From: an uncultured Acidobacteriota bacterium
Lineage (GTDB): Bacteria > Acidobacteriota > Vicinamibacteria > Vicinamibacterales > UBA2999
Length of the DNA: 64,000 nt
Assembly: GCA_963734635.1 (NCBI GenBank)
Contig: CAVTIA010000013.1
Location: 14,649 to 78,648, forward strand
Direction of reading: 5' to 3'
Every line of letters starts with the position of its first letter. The stretch's first letter is position 1. Made by a program: the position numbers and the translations under genes. The notes under the pieces were generated by a model. That model was not told the origin of the DNA. It did not search any database and was given only the letters and a program-made list of their open reading frames with translations. Shown in pieces: positions 35,266-44,663 of this stretch.

Positions 35266-36285
35266 ATGAGCAAGCTGAAAATCATCGTGCTCTACGATCG
35301 CGTCCTCGTTGAGGACGACGACGACCAGGGCTCGAGCGACAAGTCACCGGTGGTACGTACGCTCGACAAGAAAGAGGTCGAAGAAGAAGTCGCAGAGACG
35401 CTGGTAAAGCTTGGACACGAGCCGGTGATGCATGAGCTCGACGGGACCCAGAAGAGCCTGCTCGGCCTCGGTCGCATCGACTGCGATCTCGTGTTCAACC
35501 TGGCCGAGTCGTTCGCAGACGACGACACGTCGGACTTCAAGATCGCCGCGCTGCTGGAGCTCCTCGGCAAGAAGTACACCGGCTCGGGCAGCCATGGGTT
35601 GATGCTCGCGCAGGACAAAGCCGTCGCCAAAAAGATCTTCGCCTTCCACGGTATCCACACGCCCACGTTCGCCAGGTGCTATCGCGGGCGACTTGATTTT
35701 TCCCACGACCTGCAGTTTCCCGTCATCGTCAAACCCGCGCGGGAGGACGGCTCGATTGGCATCGAGTTCAGTGCCGTCGTCAACTCCATCCGGGAGCTGA
35801 TGGAGCGAATGGATTGGCTGCATGCCAACTTCGACTCACCGGTCCTCATCGAGGAGTACATCGAAGGCCGCGAGATGTACGTCGGCATCATTGGAAACGA
35901 CAAGCCCGAAGCGTTGCCGATCATCGAGCTGGATCTTTCCAAACTGCCGGAAGGAACGCCGAGGATTGCTGCGGCGGAAGTGAAGTGGGGGAAGGGAACG
36001 CGGGCGTACCGCGACACGAAATCGGCAATCGCCACGGACCTCGCTGACGAGACCGCGCAGGTGCTCCAGCAGACCGCTGTCGCCGCGTACCAGGCGCTGG
36101 AGCTGCGCGATTATGGACGCGTGGACATGAGGCTTCAGCCGGACGGCACGGTGCAGGTTATCGAGGTGAACCCGAATCCGTGGCTTGCATCACGCGCAGA
36201 GTTCGCCATGGCCGCGCGGAAGTCGGGACGTACCTACACGCAACTGGTAAGCGAAATCGTCGAGCTCGCGCTGGCCAGGGCCTGA
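35266..36285 (+). CDS. D-alanine--D-alanine ligase-like ATP-grasp enzyme
   Basis: ATP-grasp blocks FPVIVKPAREDGSIGI, IEEYIEGREMYV and GRVDMRL...VIEVNPNP. Confidence 0.8.
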   Translation: MSKLKIIVLYDRVLVEDDDDQGSSDKSPVVRTLDKKEVEEEVAETLVKLGHEPVMHELDGTQKSLLGLGRIDCDLVFNLAESFADDDTSDFKIAALLELLGKKYTGSGSHGLMLAQDKAVAKKIFAFHGIHTPTFARCYRGRLDFSHDLQFPVIVKPAREDGSIGIEFSAVVNSIRELMERMDWLHANFDSPVLIEEYIEGREMYVGIIGNDKPEALPIIELDLSKLPEGTPRIAAAEVKWGKGTRAYRDTKSAIATDLADETAQVLQQTAVAAYQALELRDYGRVDMRLQPDGTVQVIEVNPNPWLASRAEFAMAARKSGRTYTQLVSEIVELALARA

Positions 36286-36292
36286 CGTCGGT

Positions 36293-36814
36293 CTATCGGA
36301 TATTCCACCGATACAACGTTCTCGACAATCCATCGGCGCTGGTGAAGACGTCCACCGCGTCGGGCTCCCAATCGCCTATCGCGAAATTGTGCGACACGAT
36401 TCGAGCGCCCGGCCGCAGCATCGCGGTGAGCCGCGGCCGCAGCTTCACGTTGAGGGCGGACACCAGATACAGAGTCACCACGGTTGCATCCGACACGTCC
36501 GTCTCGAGAGCGTCCTGAACTCTGAACGTCACGAGATGTTCCACCCCCGCACGTTTCGCGTTGGCCTGCGCTTCCTCCACACGTAACGGATCGATGTCCA
36601 CTCCGACACCGCGCGTGCCGAATGTCTGCGCCGCAGCGATGACGATCCGACCGTCGCCGCACCCCAGGTCGTACAAAACGTCCTGAGGACCGACGTTTGC
36701 GAGCATCAGCATCCGGCTCACGACGTCCGGGGGTGTGGCGACGAACGGGGGGCGGGGCGGCGCCTGGGCCCACAGAGGCATGGAGAGTAGAAGGAGCGCG
36801 GCGCCCATCGGTCG
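36293..36814 (-). CDS. class I SAM-dependent methyltransferase with signal peptide
   Basis: MRPMGAALLLLSMPLWAQ, then VLYDLGCGDGRIVIAAA...GVGVDIDP. Confidence 0.75.
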   Translation of the reverse strand, partial: RPMGAALLLLSMPLWAQAPPRPPFVATPPDVVSRMLMLANVGPQDVLYDLGCGDGRIVIAAAQTFGTRGVGVDIDPLRVEEAQANAKRAGVEHLVTFRVQDALETDVSDATVVTLYLVSALNVKLRPRLTAMLRPGARIVSHNFAIGDWEPDAVDVFTSADGLSRTLYRWNIR

Positions 36815-37058
36815 CATTTTAGACGCGCCTCCATAGACGGCCGGCATGGGCGAAGCGGCTACGTCCCTATAACGGATCGACTCAAGGTGCTTAGCTCGAC
36901 CGTATCACCGACCATCGCGTCGCCTGCCATCGGACCGCCACAAATGTCGGAAATTGCGAGGTTTACCGGCATCGCGCGATATGTACGGATCGCAGTCGGC
37001 CAATGGTCGAATGACAGGGTTGAAATGCCAAAAACGCCGGTTTTTCGGGCATTTTCGA

Positions 37059-37087
37059 TTGATCGACCTGTATAGGTGCGTTATACT
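37059..37087 (+). promoter_or_regulatory. sigma-70-type promoter for carD
   Basis: TTGATC (37059-37064), 17-nt spacer, TATACT (37082-37087), about 60 nt upstream of the carD start. Confidence 0.6.
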
Positions 37088-37146
37088 CGTGGGTGCGGTT
37101 TCCCGGCACGAACCGGTCCTACCAACCTTCCTTCAACGGGGGAAAC

Positions 37147-37737
37147 GTGACATTCCAGGTCGGCGACAAGGTCATCTACCCGAACCACGGACTCGGCATC
37201 GTCGAACGGATCGAAGAAAAAACTATTTTGGGCACCACGTGCGGTTTCTTTCACCTCCGAATTGTTTCCAATGACACAACGGTTCTGGTTCCTGTGGCGA
37301 ACGTGGACAACGTCGGTCTGCGAAAAGCCATCAGCGACGGTGAAGTCGAGCGGCTGTTCACGCTTTTGAGTGACGGCAGGATCGACAACCACCAGAACTG
37401 GAAGGGCCGCTTCAAGGACAACTCCGATAAGATGCGGACCGGCTCCATCTACGACATGGCGGACGTGCTCAAGAGCCTGACGTTCCTGAGCAAGTCCAAG
37501 AGCCTCTCGTTCCGCGAAAAGCGAATGCTCGATCGGGCGCGCGCTCTCATCGTTTCCGAGGTGTCGGAAGTGATGCGGGAAAAGGCGCTGGAGATCGAAC
37601 AGCGCGTCGATCGCGCGCTCGAAAAATGCTTCATCGTGAAGGTCCGCAACATGACCCGGCAGGCGGCGCGCGCAAAAATCGCCAAGCCGGTCAAGGCCAC
37701 AGTCATCGTCACGCGTCGCGCTGCTCGCGCATCGTAA
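37147..37737 (+). CDS. carD: CarD/CdnL-family RNA-polymerase-binding transcription regulator
   Basis: GGGGGAA upstream of GTG 37147. FQVGDKVIYPNHGLGIVERIEEK... is the CarD_TRCF domain. Basic C-terminal tail. Confidence 0.85.
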   Translation: MTFQVGDKVIYPNHGLGIVERIEEKTILGTTCGFFHLRIVSNDTTVLVPVANVDNVGLRKAISDGEVERLFTLLSDGRIDNHQNWKGRFKDNSDKMRTGSIYDMADVLKSLTFLSKSKSLSFREKRMLDRARALIVSEVSEVMREKALEIEQRVDRALEKCFIVKVRNMTRQAARAKIAKPVKATVIVTRRAARAS

Positions 37738-37766
37738 CGTCGCTCCTCTTGCCTTGCCTTCTTCGC

Positions 37767-37799
37767 CGCCCGGGGGCATGTCCCCCGGGCGATTTTTTT
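37767..37799 (+). terminator. canonical rho-independent terminator after carD
   Basis: CGCCCGGGGG-catgt-CCCCCGGGCG followed by ATTTTTTT. Confidence 0.85.
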
Positions 37800-37886
37800 G
37801 TACCGTATGACCCAGACGTCTTGAATGGCCACATTCCTTACACTCGCCTCGTATGCTCGGCGGTTTGAGGCGCAGCCTCGCTGGTT

Positions 37887-38618
37887 ATGCCCGAGATGGT
37901 CGTAGCTCTTCGCTCGGTCGTCACCTATGCGGTCATCATCGCCTACATCGCGGTCGCCGGACCTCTTGGGCTTTTCATCGGCGTCGTGTTCCGGTGGAAG
38001 CGTGGTCTCTATGCGTTGGGGCACGCCGGAGTGAGTTTGGCGCTGGCCCTCGCGGGAATTCGTTATCGCGTGGTTGGACGCGAGCATGTGCCAGCGTCGG
38101 CGGTGGTCTTCTGCTCGAATCACGAGAGCAATGTTGATCCACCCGTGCTCTTCACGACCCTCCATCCCTATCTGCACATTCTCTATAAAGCGGAGCTGCG
38201 CCAGTTTCCGATCATGAGGACCGTGCTGGACGTCGGGGGATTCGTGCCAATCGAACGGGCCGACCGCGAGAAAGCCGCCGAATCGATTGCGAGAGGCGCG
38301 GAATCTCTACAGGCGGGCAACTCCTTTCTCATCTTTCCCGAAGGCACTCGCAGCCGTACCGGACAGTTGTTACCGTTCAAAAAGGGTGGTTTCATCATGG
38401 CCATCCGGGCACAGGTACCGGTGGTTCCGGTGTCGGTGCAGGGCGGAAGGGCTGCGATGCGAAGAGGAAGCGCCCTTGTACGCCCCGTTCGCGTCAGCGT
38501 GCGAATCGGAAGACCGATTCCAACGACAGGTCTCACCACGGAAAACCGTGATGAACTCATTGCGAAGGTACGAGAGGAGATCGAAACGCTGATGAGACAG
38601 GGATCGCTTTGGAGCTAA
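37887..38618 (+). CDS. plsC: 1-acyl-sn-glycerol-3-phosphate acyltransferase
   Basis: NHESNVDP (HxxxxD) and IFPEGTRS blocks. Confidence 0.85.
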   Translation: MPEMVVALRSVVTYAVIIAYIAVAGPLGLFIGVVFRWKRGLYALGHAGVSLALALAGIRYRVVGREHVPASAVVFCSNHESNVDPPVLFTTLHPYLHILYKAELRQFPIMRTVLDVGGFVPIERADREKAAESIARGAESLQAGNSFLIFPEGTRSRTGQLLPFKKGGFIMAIRAQVPVVPVSVQGGRAAMRRGSALVRPVRVSVRIGRPIPTTGLTTENRDELIAKVREEIETLMRQGSLWS

Positions 38619-39730
38619 CCGCCGACTGAGAACGTCAGCATCCACGGACGAACGGGCGCACCGTCGAACGTGCGGATGCCTTCCAGCAGGTCGACTCTGA
38701 TCGTCCGGTACGGCTCCGACGGACGAGTGAAGCGAATTTCGACGGCACGATTCGCCGCGTCATACGAATACGTGAATTGCAGTGGCGGCTGCTCCGGCGT
38801 CCCCGGCTGCTGGACGTTGGCGCCTACATAGCCCACGCGAATCCGGTCGGCGAGGGACGCAGGATCCAGGCCCCGCGAAAACTGTACGCGGACGTTCCCG
38901 GACTGTGGCACGCCGGTTTCACCTTCCGTGGGGGAGCTGAACACAACTTCCCCAGGCTCGAGCGGTGGAGGTGGCGCAGGAGCGTCATCGTCCGCAGCTG
39001 GTTCCTGGGGCTGTGTGGCTGTGGCGATGGTGGTCCCTGAGATTGCCACCAGCCCACGATCCAACGACACCGTCCCGCTCACCTGCAGCCATCGGCCGGT
39101 ATCTACCCGCGCCTCGACCGACAGATCGAATCCCCGCCCGCGCGGACGGAGGTCCGTCACCCACACGGCTGCGTCTGCCGAGCGCAACACGAAGTCATAG
39201 CGGCTCTTACCAGGCGCACTCGGCTGATCGCCGAACAGGTTGCGCCCGCGGAATTCACCGACGATGGTGACGTTCTGCCCCTCGAACCGCCACGGCTGGA
39301 GCGCCAGCGCGCGGACAGAGGCCGTCGTCGCCAGCTGCGCTTCGGTGACACTCGAGACGTTGAGGACCAGCTCCTCACCCGGACGAGGCCAGCGCTCCGG
39401 ATCGGGCTGGCCCGTGTATGCACGCACACGCGGATCGCCGGGTTCGAGCCGTCCAATATCGATTATCTGACCGCGCACTTCGACGAAGCCGCCACTTCCC
39501 TTGGCGTCAGTCAGGATGAGAGGAATTTCACGCTCGCCGCCGCGAAGCACCAGGCGCGCGTTGCTGCTCTCCACGAGCTCGCCGTGGAGCAGGACGTTCT
39601 GCAGATGAAAGTAGCTCGGAAACTGGTATACGGCTGCGACCGTTGTGGAGCGGCGCACCGCCGTCTGAGTATCCGCGCTGCTGGCGGCAACCAGCAGGGC
39701 GGCCAGGGTCGCGACAAGGCGACGCTTCAC
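38615..39730 (-). CDS. secreted hypothetical protein with C-terminal SbsA-Ig/Big_5-like domain
   Basis: Signal peptide MKRRLVATLAALLVAASSA. C-terminus VVFSSPTEGETGVPQSGNVRVQFSRGLDPASL. Confidence 0.6.
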   Translation of the reverse strand: MKRRLVATLAALLVAASSADTQTAVRRSTTVAAVYQFPSYFHLQNVLLHGELVESSNARLVLRGGEREIPLILTDAKGSGGFVEVRGQIIDIGRLEPGDPRVRAYTGQPDPERWPRPGEELVLNVSSVTEAQLATTASVRALALQPWRFEGQNVTIVGEFRGRNLFGDQPSAPGKSRYDFVLRSADAAVWVTDLRPRGRGFDLSVEARVDTGRWLQVSGTVSLDRGLVAISGTTIATATQPQEPAADDDAPAPPPPLEPGEVVFSSPTEGETGVPQSGNVRVQFSRGLDPASLADRIRVGYVGANVQQPGTPEQPPLQFTYSYDAANRAVEIRFTRPSEPYRTIRVDLLEGIRTFDGAPVRPWMLTFSVGG

Positions 39731-39734
39731 ATGG

Positions 39735-41732
39735 TCATTGTACTTTGCGCATTCCCACGCGGGCTACGATCAGCGCCAGCCCCAGAAACAATATTGTGCT
39801 GGCCACCTCGGCAAGCGCCGTTTCCTCGCGAAAATACGGGAAGGCCGTGCCAACCGCAGCGAACGGATCGATCGCCCCGGTCCCCACGAGAATGGCGAAA
39901 AGGATTCCGGCAATCGAGCCACCTGCAATCAGCCCTGAGCTAAACAGCGTGCCCGCCCCCAGGTCGGACTCCTGGACCCGTGTCTTGCGGTCGACCCATC
40001 CCCGGACAAGGCCGCCGACGAAGATTGGGGCCGTCGTGGCGATTGGCAGGTACAGTCCGACCGCGAACGACAGCGAATGAACGCCGCAAAGCTCGACCGT
40101 GATGGCGACGAAGATGCCGACCAGCACGAGCCCCCAGGGGAGGTTCTGGTTCAGGAGTCCGGTAATGATGGTCGCCATCAGGGTCGCCTGCGGCGCCGGC
40201 ACGGCGGCCGATCCGATGCCGAAGACGTCGTGCATGTACAACGTCGTCACTCCGATGATGAGGCCTGACGCCAGTACCCCGATGATGAGTCCAATCTGCT
40301 GGTAGACAGGGGTCGCCCCGACGATGTAGCCGGTCTTGAGGTCCTGCGAAGTGGTCCCCGCGTTTGCGGCAGCGATGCACACGATCGCTCCTACGCACAG
40401 TGCGATCGGAGAATACATGTCACCTGTCCAGCCGAGTGCGACGAACAGCAGGCAGGTCAGGATCAACGTTGCGATCGTCATTCCCGAAATAGGGTTCGAC
40501 GAGGATCCGATCAGGCCTGTAATCCGTGAGGACACGGTCGCGAAGAAGAAGCCGAAGATCAGGATGAGAATGGCCGCCACGATATTTCCCTGGGTGGGCA
40601 GCCCGGGGGTGACCACCAGAAAGATTGCGAGCAGCACGGACCCGCCGAGGACGATCGCCATGGGTATGTCACGTTCGGTCCTGGTGCCGGTGCCGACAGC
40701 CGCTGCGGCCGAGAAATCGCGAAGGCTGTCTCTGGCCGACGCGACGATCGACGGAATCGTGCGCCCGAGCGTAATCAATCCCGCCGCGAGCACGCCGCCG
40801 GCTCCGATGTACCGGATGTACGCGCTCCACAGCTGATTAGGATCCATCTCCGACAGCAGGAATGGCTGCCCTGTAGCCGGATTGTTGGCGAAGTTCGGGT
40901 GGATCGGGGGAAACGGTTCGGTGATGTACTGTCCGAGAATCGACAGCAAGGGCAACAGCCCGAGCCACGCCAGCACCCCGCCGGCAACCATCGTTCCCGC
41001 GATGCGCGGTCCGATTACGTAGCCGACGCCCAGATATTCTGGAGAAATGTCGACGGCGAGTGTGGCATTCGGAAATTGGCTCGTGCGCGGCATCACGTAC
41101 CCGATTTCGGTACGAAACAGGTTGAAGATCCACGACAGCGCCTTCCAGAGGACACCAACGCCAAGACCGGCGAACACCAGCGCCGCCAGTCGGCCACCGC
41201 GCTCACCTGCGACGAGCACTTCGGCGCATGCCGTGCCTTCCGGATAGGGGAGGACACCGTGCTCCTTCACGATCAGCGCGCGCCGGAGCGGCACCATCAT
41301 CAGGACGCCGAGTATTCCGCCGGCCAGCGTCAGCAGGGTGATCTGGACGTAGTTGAAGTACGACGGCCCGAACGGCATCAGGAATATCAGCGCCGGAATG
41401 GTGAACACGACACCGCCGGCGACCGATTCCCCTGCGGACCCGATGGTCTGGACGATGTTGTTTTCGAGGATCGTCGAACCGCCAAGCCGCTTCAACACGG
41501 AGATTGCCAGCACGGCGATCGGAATAGACGCGCTGACCGTCAGCCCTGCACGGAGACCGAGATACACGGTCGAAGCCCCGAAGAGCAGACCGAACAGGAT
41601 GCCGAGAACGATTGCCTTGAACGTGAACTCTGGAGGCGACTTTGTCGCGGGGACATACGGCTTGAACTCGGGTGGTGACTGCGTCGACGACGCGTACGGC
41701 GCGAAATCGGCCATCGCGCGAGATGGTAGCAT
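39735..41732 (-). CDS. OPT-family oligopeptide transporter
   Basis: 665 aa with about 16 TM helices. The length and sequence pattern are typical of the bacterial OPT superfamily. Confidence 0.8.
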   Translation of the reverse strand: MLPSRAMADFAPYASSTQSPPEFKPYVPATKSPPEFTFKAIVLGILFGLLFGASTVYLGLRAGLTVSASIPIAVLAISVLKRLGGSTILENNIVQTIGSAGESVAGGVVFTIPALIFLMPFGPSYFNYVQITLLTLAGGILGVLMMVPLRRALIVKEHGVLPYPEGTACAEVLVAGERGGRLAALVFAGLGVGVLWKALSWIFNLFRTEIGYVMPRTSQFPNATLAVDISPEYLGVGYVIGPRIAGTMVAGGVLAWLGLLPLLSILGQYITEPFPPIHPNFANNPATGQPFLLSEMDPNQLWSAYIRYIGAGGVLAAGLITLGRTIPSIVASARDSLRDFSAAAAVGTGTRTERDIPMAIVLGGSVLLAIFLVVTPGLPTQGNIVAAILILIFGFFFATVSSRITGLIGSSSNPISGMTIATLILTCLLFVALGWTGDMYSPIALCVGAIVCIAAANAGTTSQDLKTGYIVGATPVYQQIGLIIGVLASGLIIGVTTLYMHDVFGIGSAAVPAPQATLMATIITGLLNQNLPWGLVLVGIFVAITVELCGVHSLSFAVGLYLPIATTAPIFVGGLVRGWVDRKTRVQESDLGAGTLFSSGLIAGGSIAGILFAILVGTGAIDPFAAVGTAFPYFREETALAEVASTILFLGLALIVARVGMRKVQ

Positions 41733-42412
41733 TGAACCTTGTGAATCGGCCGAACAAGCGAAGGCAAACGCCCGAACAGGTGTCCGAGCTCACGACGAAT
41801 CGACTTTCGGTTTACTTGCGTTGCCTCAACGAGCTCGACGCGGCCGGTGTTCAGACGATTTCATCGCAGGCCCTAGCCGAACAGTTCAACTTGAACGCTG
41901 CGCAGATTCGGAAGGACCTGGCGTATTTCGGCGAGTTCGGGGTTCGCGGCGTCGGCTACTACGTCAAGGAGCTCCGGCGTCATCTCCGTCAGATTCTGGG
42001 ACTCGACCGACGCCTGCGAGTGGGCATCATGGGCGCTGGAAATCTCGGGCTGGCGCTCGCCGACTACCCCGGCTTCCGTCAGGAAGGCTTCGAGATCGCT
42101 GCGCTGTTCGATATCGCGAACGAGAAAATCGGGCATGAATCGCGCGGCGGTGTACCCATTCACGACATCCGGGAGCTGAAACGGCTCGCGCGGCGCGAAC
42201 GGTTCGACATTGCGGTCATCGCCGTCCCTGCGCACCATGCGCAGCCCGTCGTCGACCAGGTCGTTGATGCAGGGATCAAGGCCATTCTGAACTTCTCGCC
42301 TGGTGCCCTGAAGGTCCCGGTTGAAGTGAAGCTGAAGAGCGTGGATCTCACCGTCTCACTGGAGAGTCTGTCGTTCTATCTCGCGCAGGGGGACCAACAG
42401 AGCGCACCGTAA
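41723..42412 (+). CDS. rex: redox-sensing transcriptional repressor Rex
   Basis: RLSVYLRCL...ISSQALAEQFNLNAAQIRKDLAYFGEFGVRGVGY... then the Rossmann motif VGIMGAGNLG. Confidence 0.85.
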   Translation: MVALNLVNRPNKRRQTPEQVSELTTNRLSVYLRCLNELDAAGVQTISSQALAEQFNLNAAQIRKDLAYFGEFGVRGVGYYVKELRRHLRQILGLDRRLRVGIMGAGNLGLALADYPGFRQEGFEIAALFDIANEKIGHESRGGVPIHDIRELKRLARRERFDIAVIAVPAHHAQPVVDQVVDAGIKAILNFSPGALKVPVEVKLKSVDLTVSLESLSFYLAQGDQQSAP

Positions 42413-42415
42413 AAC

Positions 42416-42506
42416 GGTGCGATAGTGCGATAGTGCGAGGTGCGACGGTGCGGGGTGCGAGGGTGCGAGGTGCGACGGTGCGAAGTGCGAAGGTGCGACG
42501 TGCGGG
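42416..42506 (+). repeat. about 12-unit tandem array GGTGCGA(N)
   Basis: ggtgcgat agtgcgat agtgcgag gtgcgac ggtgcgg ggtgcgag ggtgcgag gtgcgac ggtgcgaa gtgcgaa ggtgcgac gtgcggg. The first unit is the 3' arm of a hairpin (42403-42421) whose loop holds the rex stop. Confidence 0.9.
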
Positions 42507-43002
42507 ACTGTCGCATGTCGATCGCCGCGGGCGTGTGACGATGGTGGACGTCGGTGACAAGCCGATTACCCACCGCGAAGCGATCGCGCGCGGGCTGATC
42601 ACGATGAGCCGACGCGCGCTGACCGCAATTCGCCGCCGCGCGGTCGCAAAGGGCGACCCGCTCCAGGCCGCACGGCTTGCCGGCATCATGGCCGCCAAGC
42701 AGACATCGACGCTCATTCCGCTGTGTCATCCCCTTCCACTGACGCACGTCAGTGTCGAGCTGGCAGCGGCGCCCAAGGGGTACAGGATTGAGGCTCGAGT
42801 TCGAACGAGCGCGCAAACCGGCGTCGAGATGGAGGCGCTTGTTGCGGTGGCCGCTGCCGCCCTGACCATTTACGACATGGTGAAGGCAATCGACAAGGCT
42901 ATGGTTATCGGGGACGTGTGCCTTGTTGAGAAACGAGGCGGGCGGTCTGGAATTTACCGACGTTCGGATCGTTCTGGTCGGTCAGAACGTCCAGAGCCGT
43001 AA
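42493..43002 (+). CDS. moaC: cyclic pyranopterin monophosphate synthase
   Basis: LSHVD..GRVTMVDVGDKP...LIPLCHPLPL...GVEMEALVAVAAAALTIYDM. The start is uncertain: GTG 42493 lies inside the repeat array, and the ORF-track start at 42433 translates the repeats. Confidence 0.85.
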   Translation: MRRAGLSHVDRRGRVTMVDVGDKPITHREAIARGLITMSRRALTAIRRRAVAKGDPLQAARLAGIMAAKQTSTLIPLCHPLPLTHVSVELAAAPKGYRIEARVRTSAQTGVEMEALVAVAAAALTIYDMVKAIDKAMVIGDVCLVEKRGGRSGIYRRSDRSGRSERPEP

Positions 43003-43029
43003 CGGCCCGTGTGGCCCATAGGCGCGTCA

Positions 43030-43245
43030 TCAAGCTCGACGATACTTCCGCCAAGCCATCAGCGCACCTGCAAACATCAGGGTGCTGCCAACGATCTGCT
43101 CGAACGCCCGTTCGCGCACGAACCGCTGCGCAAAGCGGCGAGGCGTCATTTCACGTGCGCGCGCTTCCAGCCGCATCAGCTTGCTGTCGAGATTTGAGCG
43201 CGTCTGGTCTATCTCCGACCGTATGAGATCCGCTTCGCGAACCAT
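43030..43245 (-). CDS. DUF3618-like small membrane-anchored protein
   Basis: MVREADLIRSEIDQTRSNLDSKLMRLE... plus a C-terminal TM segment. It overlaps the upstream gene's end. Confidence 0.55.
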   Translation of the reverse strand: MVREADLIRSEIDQTRSNLDSKLMRLEARAREMTPRRFAQRFVRERAFEQIVGSTLMFAGALMAWRKYRRA

Positions 43246-43625
43246 GCAGCATTCTCCTTGAGCGTTGAGACCGTTTCCCGCGGCACCGCGCGCACGTGGT
43301 GAAGGTGCTTGCGTCCGGCGGCCATCGCCACGAACCCCACGACGCATAGCAGAAGCGCGAAACTGAGAAAGCCGGCCCACGTCGGCCAATCGAACAGGTC
43401 GGCGATTCCCATTGCGCATGCGATCAACAGGAAAAGGGCGCCGATTCCAAGCGCGCCTGCCATGATTCCGTAGCTGACCGCTGCCGCTCGCGCCCGGCCC
43501 GCGTGCTCGCGAAGCTCGACCCGTGCAAGCGCGATCTCCTCCCGAATCAAGGTGCGGACGTCGTTCAGGATGCCACGCACCAGCGTTCCAATCGATTCAT
43601 CGCGGACGAAGTCAGACTTCTCCAT
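43209..43625 (-). CDS. holin-X/DUF1469 ('phage holin family') membrane protein
   Basis: LVRGILNDVRTLIREEIALARVELRE, then two TM helices. Confidence 0.65.
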   Translation of the reverse strand: MEKSDFVRDESIGTLVRGILNDVRTLIREEIALARVELREHAGRARAAAVSYGIMAGALGIGALFLLIACAMGIADLFDWPTWAGFLSFALLLCVVGFVAMAAGRKHLHHVRAVPRETVSTLKENAAWFAKRISYGRR

Positions 43626-43742
43626 AATTTCTGTACCAGAGCAAGCCCGGTACCGGGGTACGGCAAGCCGCGAGGCCCGCCCGGCGCCTGCCGTCCGTGT
43701 TCACGCGAAGCGCCGATTGGCCCAACTCCCGCAGAAAACGGT

Positions 43743-44636
43743 TCAGTTCGATCCCGGGTGGTACGGGCGGATCGCAGGGGGAGGCGGCTCGATATGGATG
43801 ACCACGTCCTGGAGCGATGGGAATCGAGACATCAACCGGTCCTTCACGACATGGGACGTGCGGTGGGCCGACTCGAGCGTCGTGCCCCCATCCAGCCACA
43901 GGTGCAGGTCCATGAAGACGTGATCGGCAGAGCCCCGCGTCCTGATCTGATGGCATCCAAGGACAGCGGGCACCGAACTGACGACCGCCCTCACGTCGTC
44001 TTCGGCGATCACGATCTCATCCGCAAGGATGCGCGACGATTGCTGCGCGATTTCCCAGCCCGCGCGGCCGATGAATACGGCGACCAGGATGGCGGCAAGC
44101 GGATCGAGCAGCGAATATCCCCACCAGACACCGATGAGCGCTCCGAGCACCGCCACCGATGTCAGGACGTCGCTGCGGGTATGCTCCGCGTCCGCGTGCA
44201 GCACTTCACTGTTCAATCGGCGCGCTTCTCTCTGCTCGTAGGACACGACGAATAGATTCACCACGAGCGTCACAGTCATTACCGCGATGCCTTCGGGGAA
44301 GACACGCGGTGTTCCGCCGTTGACCAGCCTGTCGTATGCCGCAGAGAGCACCTGCACGAGCACGACGATCAGAAATAGCAGGATGCCCAGCGAGGCCATC
44401 GTCTCGTACTTACGATGACCATACGGGTGGTTCTCGTCCGGCGGCCGTCTCGCGATGGAGACGCCGACGAGAGCTACCACATTCGACGCCGAGTCCGTGA
44501 GTGAGTGAAAGCCGTCCGAGAGAATCGAAACGGCGCCCGTCGCGTATCCGAGGCTGATCTTGACCAGCGCGACCGCGAGGTTGAGAGCGAGGACGCGGTA
44601 AAGGACCCGGACGACCTGTGAATAGCGATCAGTCAC
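43743..44636 (-). CDS. cation diffusion facilitator (CDF) transporter
   Basis: LSDGFHSLTDSASN, HADAEHTRSD and a C-terminal cytoplasmic domain. Confidence 0.9.
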   Translation of the reverse strand: MTDRYSQVVRVLYRVLALNLAVALVKISLGYATGAVSILSDGFHSLTDSASNVVALVGVSIARRPPDENHPYGHRKYETMASLGILLFLIVVLVQVLSAAYDRLVNGGTPRVFPEGIAVMTVTLVVNLFVVSYEQREARRLNSEVLHADAEHTRSDVLTSVAVLGALIGVWWGYSLLDPLAAILVAVFIGRAGWEIAQQSSRILADEIVIAEDDVRAVVSSVPAVLGCHQIRTRGSADHVFMDLHLWLDGGTTLESAHRTSHVVKDRLMSRFPSLQDVVIHIEPPPPAIRPYHPGSN

Positions 44637-44663
44637 CGGGCGGATTGCGTTACGCCGGTCAGG

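Noticed and set aside
41738-41758. cttgtgaatcggccgaacaag near the rex start, considered as a Rex operator (TTGTGAA-N-TTCACAA type).
   Set aside because: Only the left half-site matches and the right half lacks TTCAC. It also lies inside the probable coding region.
42433-42492. N-terminal extension of the moaC ORF (MRGATVRGARVRGATVRSAKVRR) and the antisense ORF 42376..42816 (RTSHLRTSHRRTSHPRTPHRRTSH) as possible repeat proteins.
   Set aside because: They are direct translations of the GGTGCGA tandem array. MoaC homology only begins at ...LSHVD.
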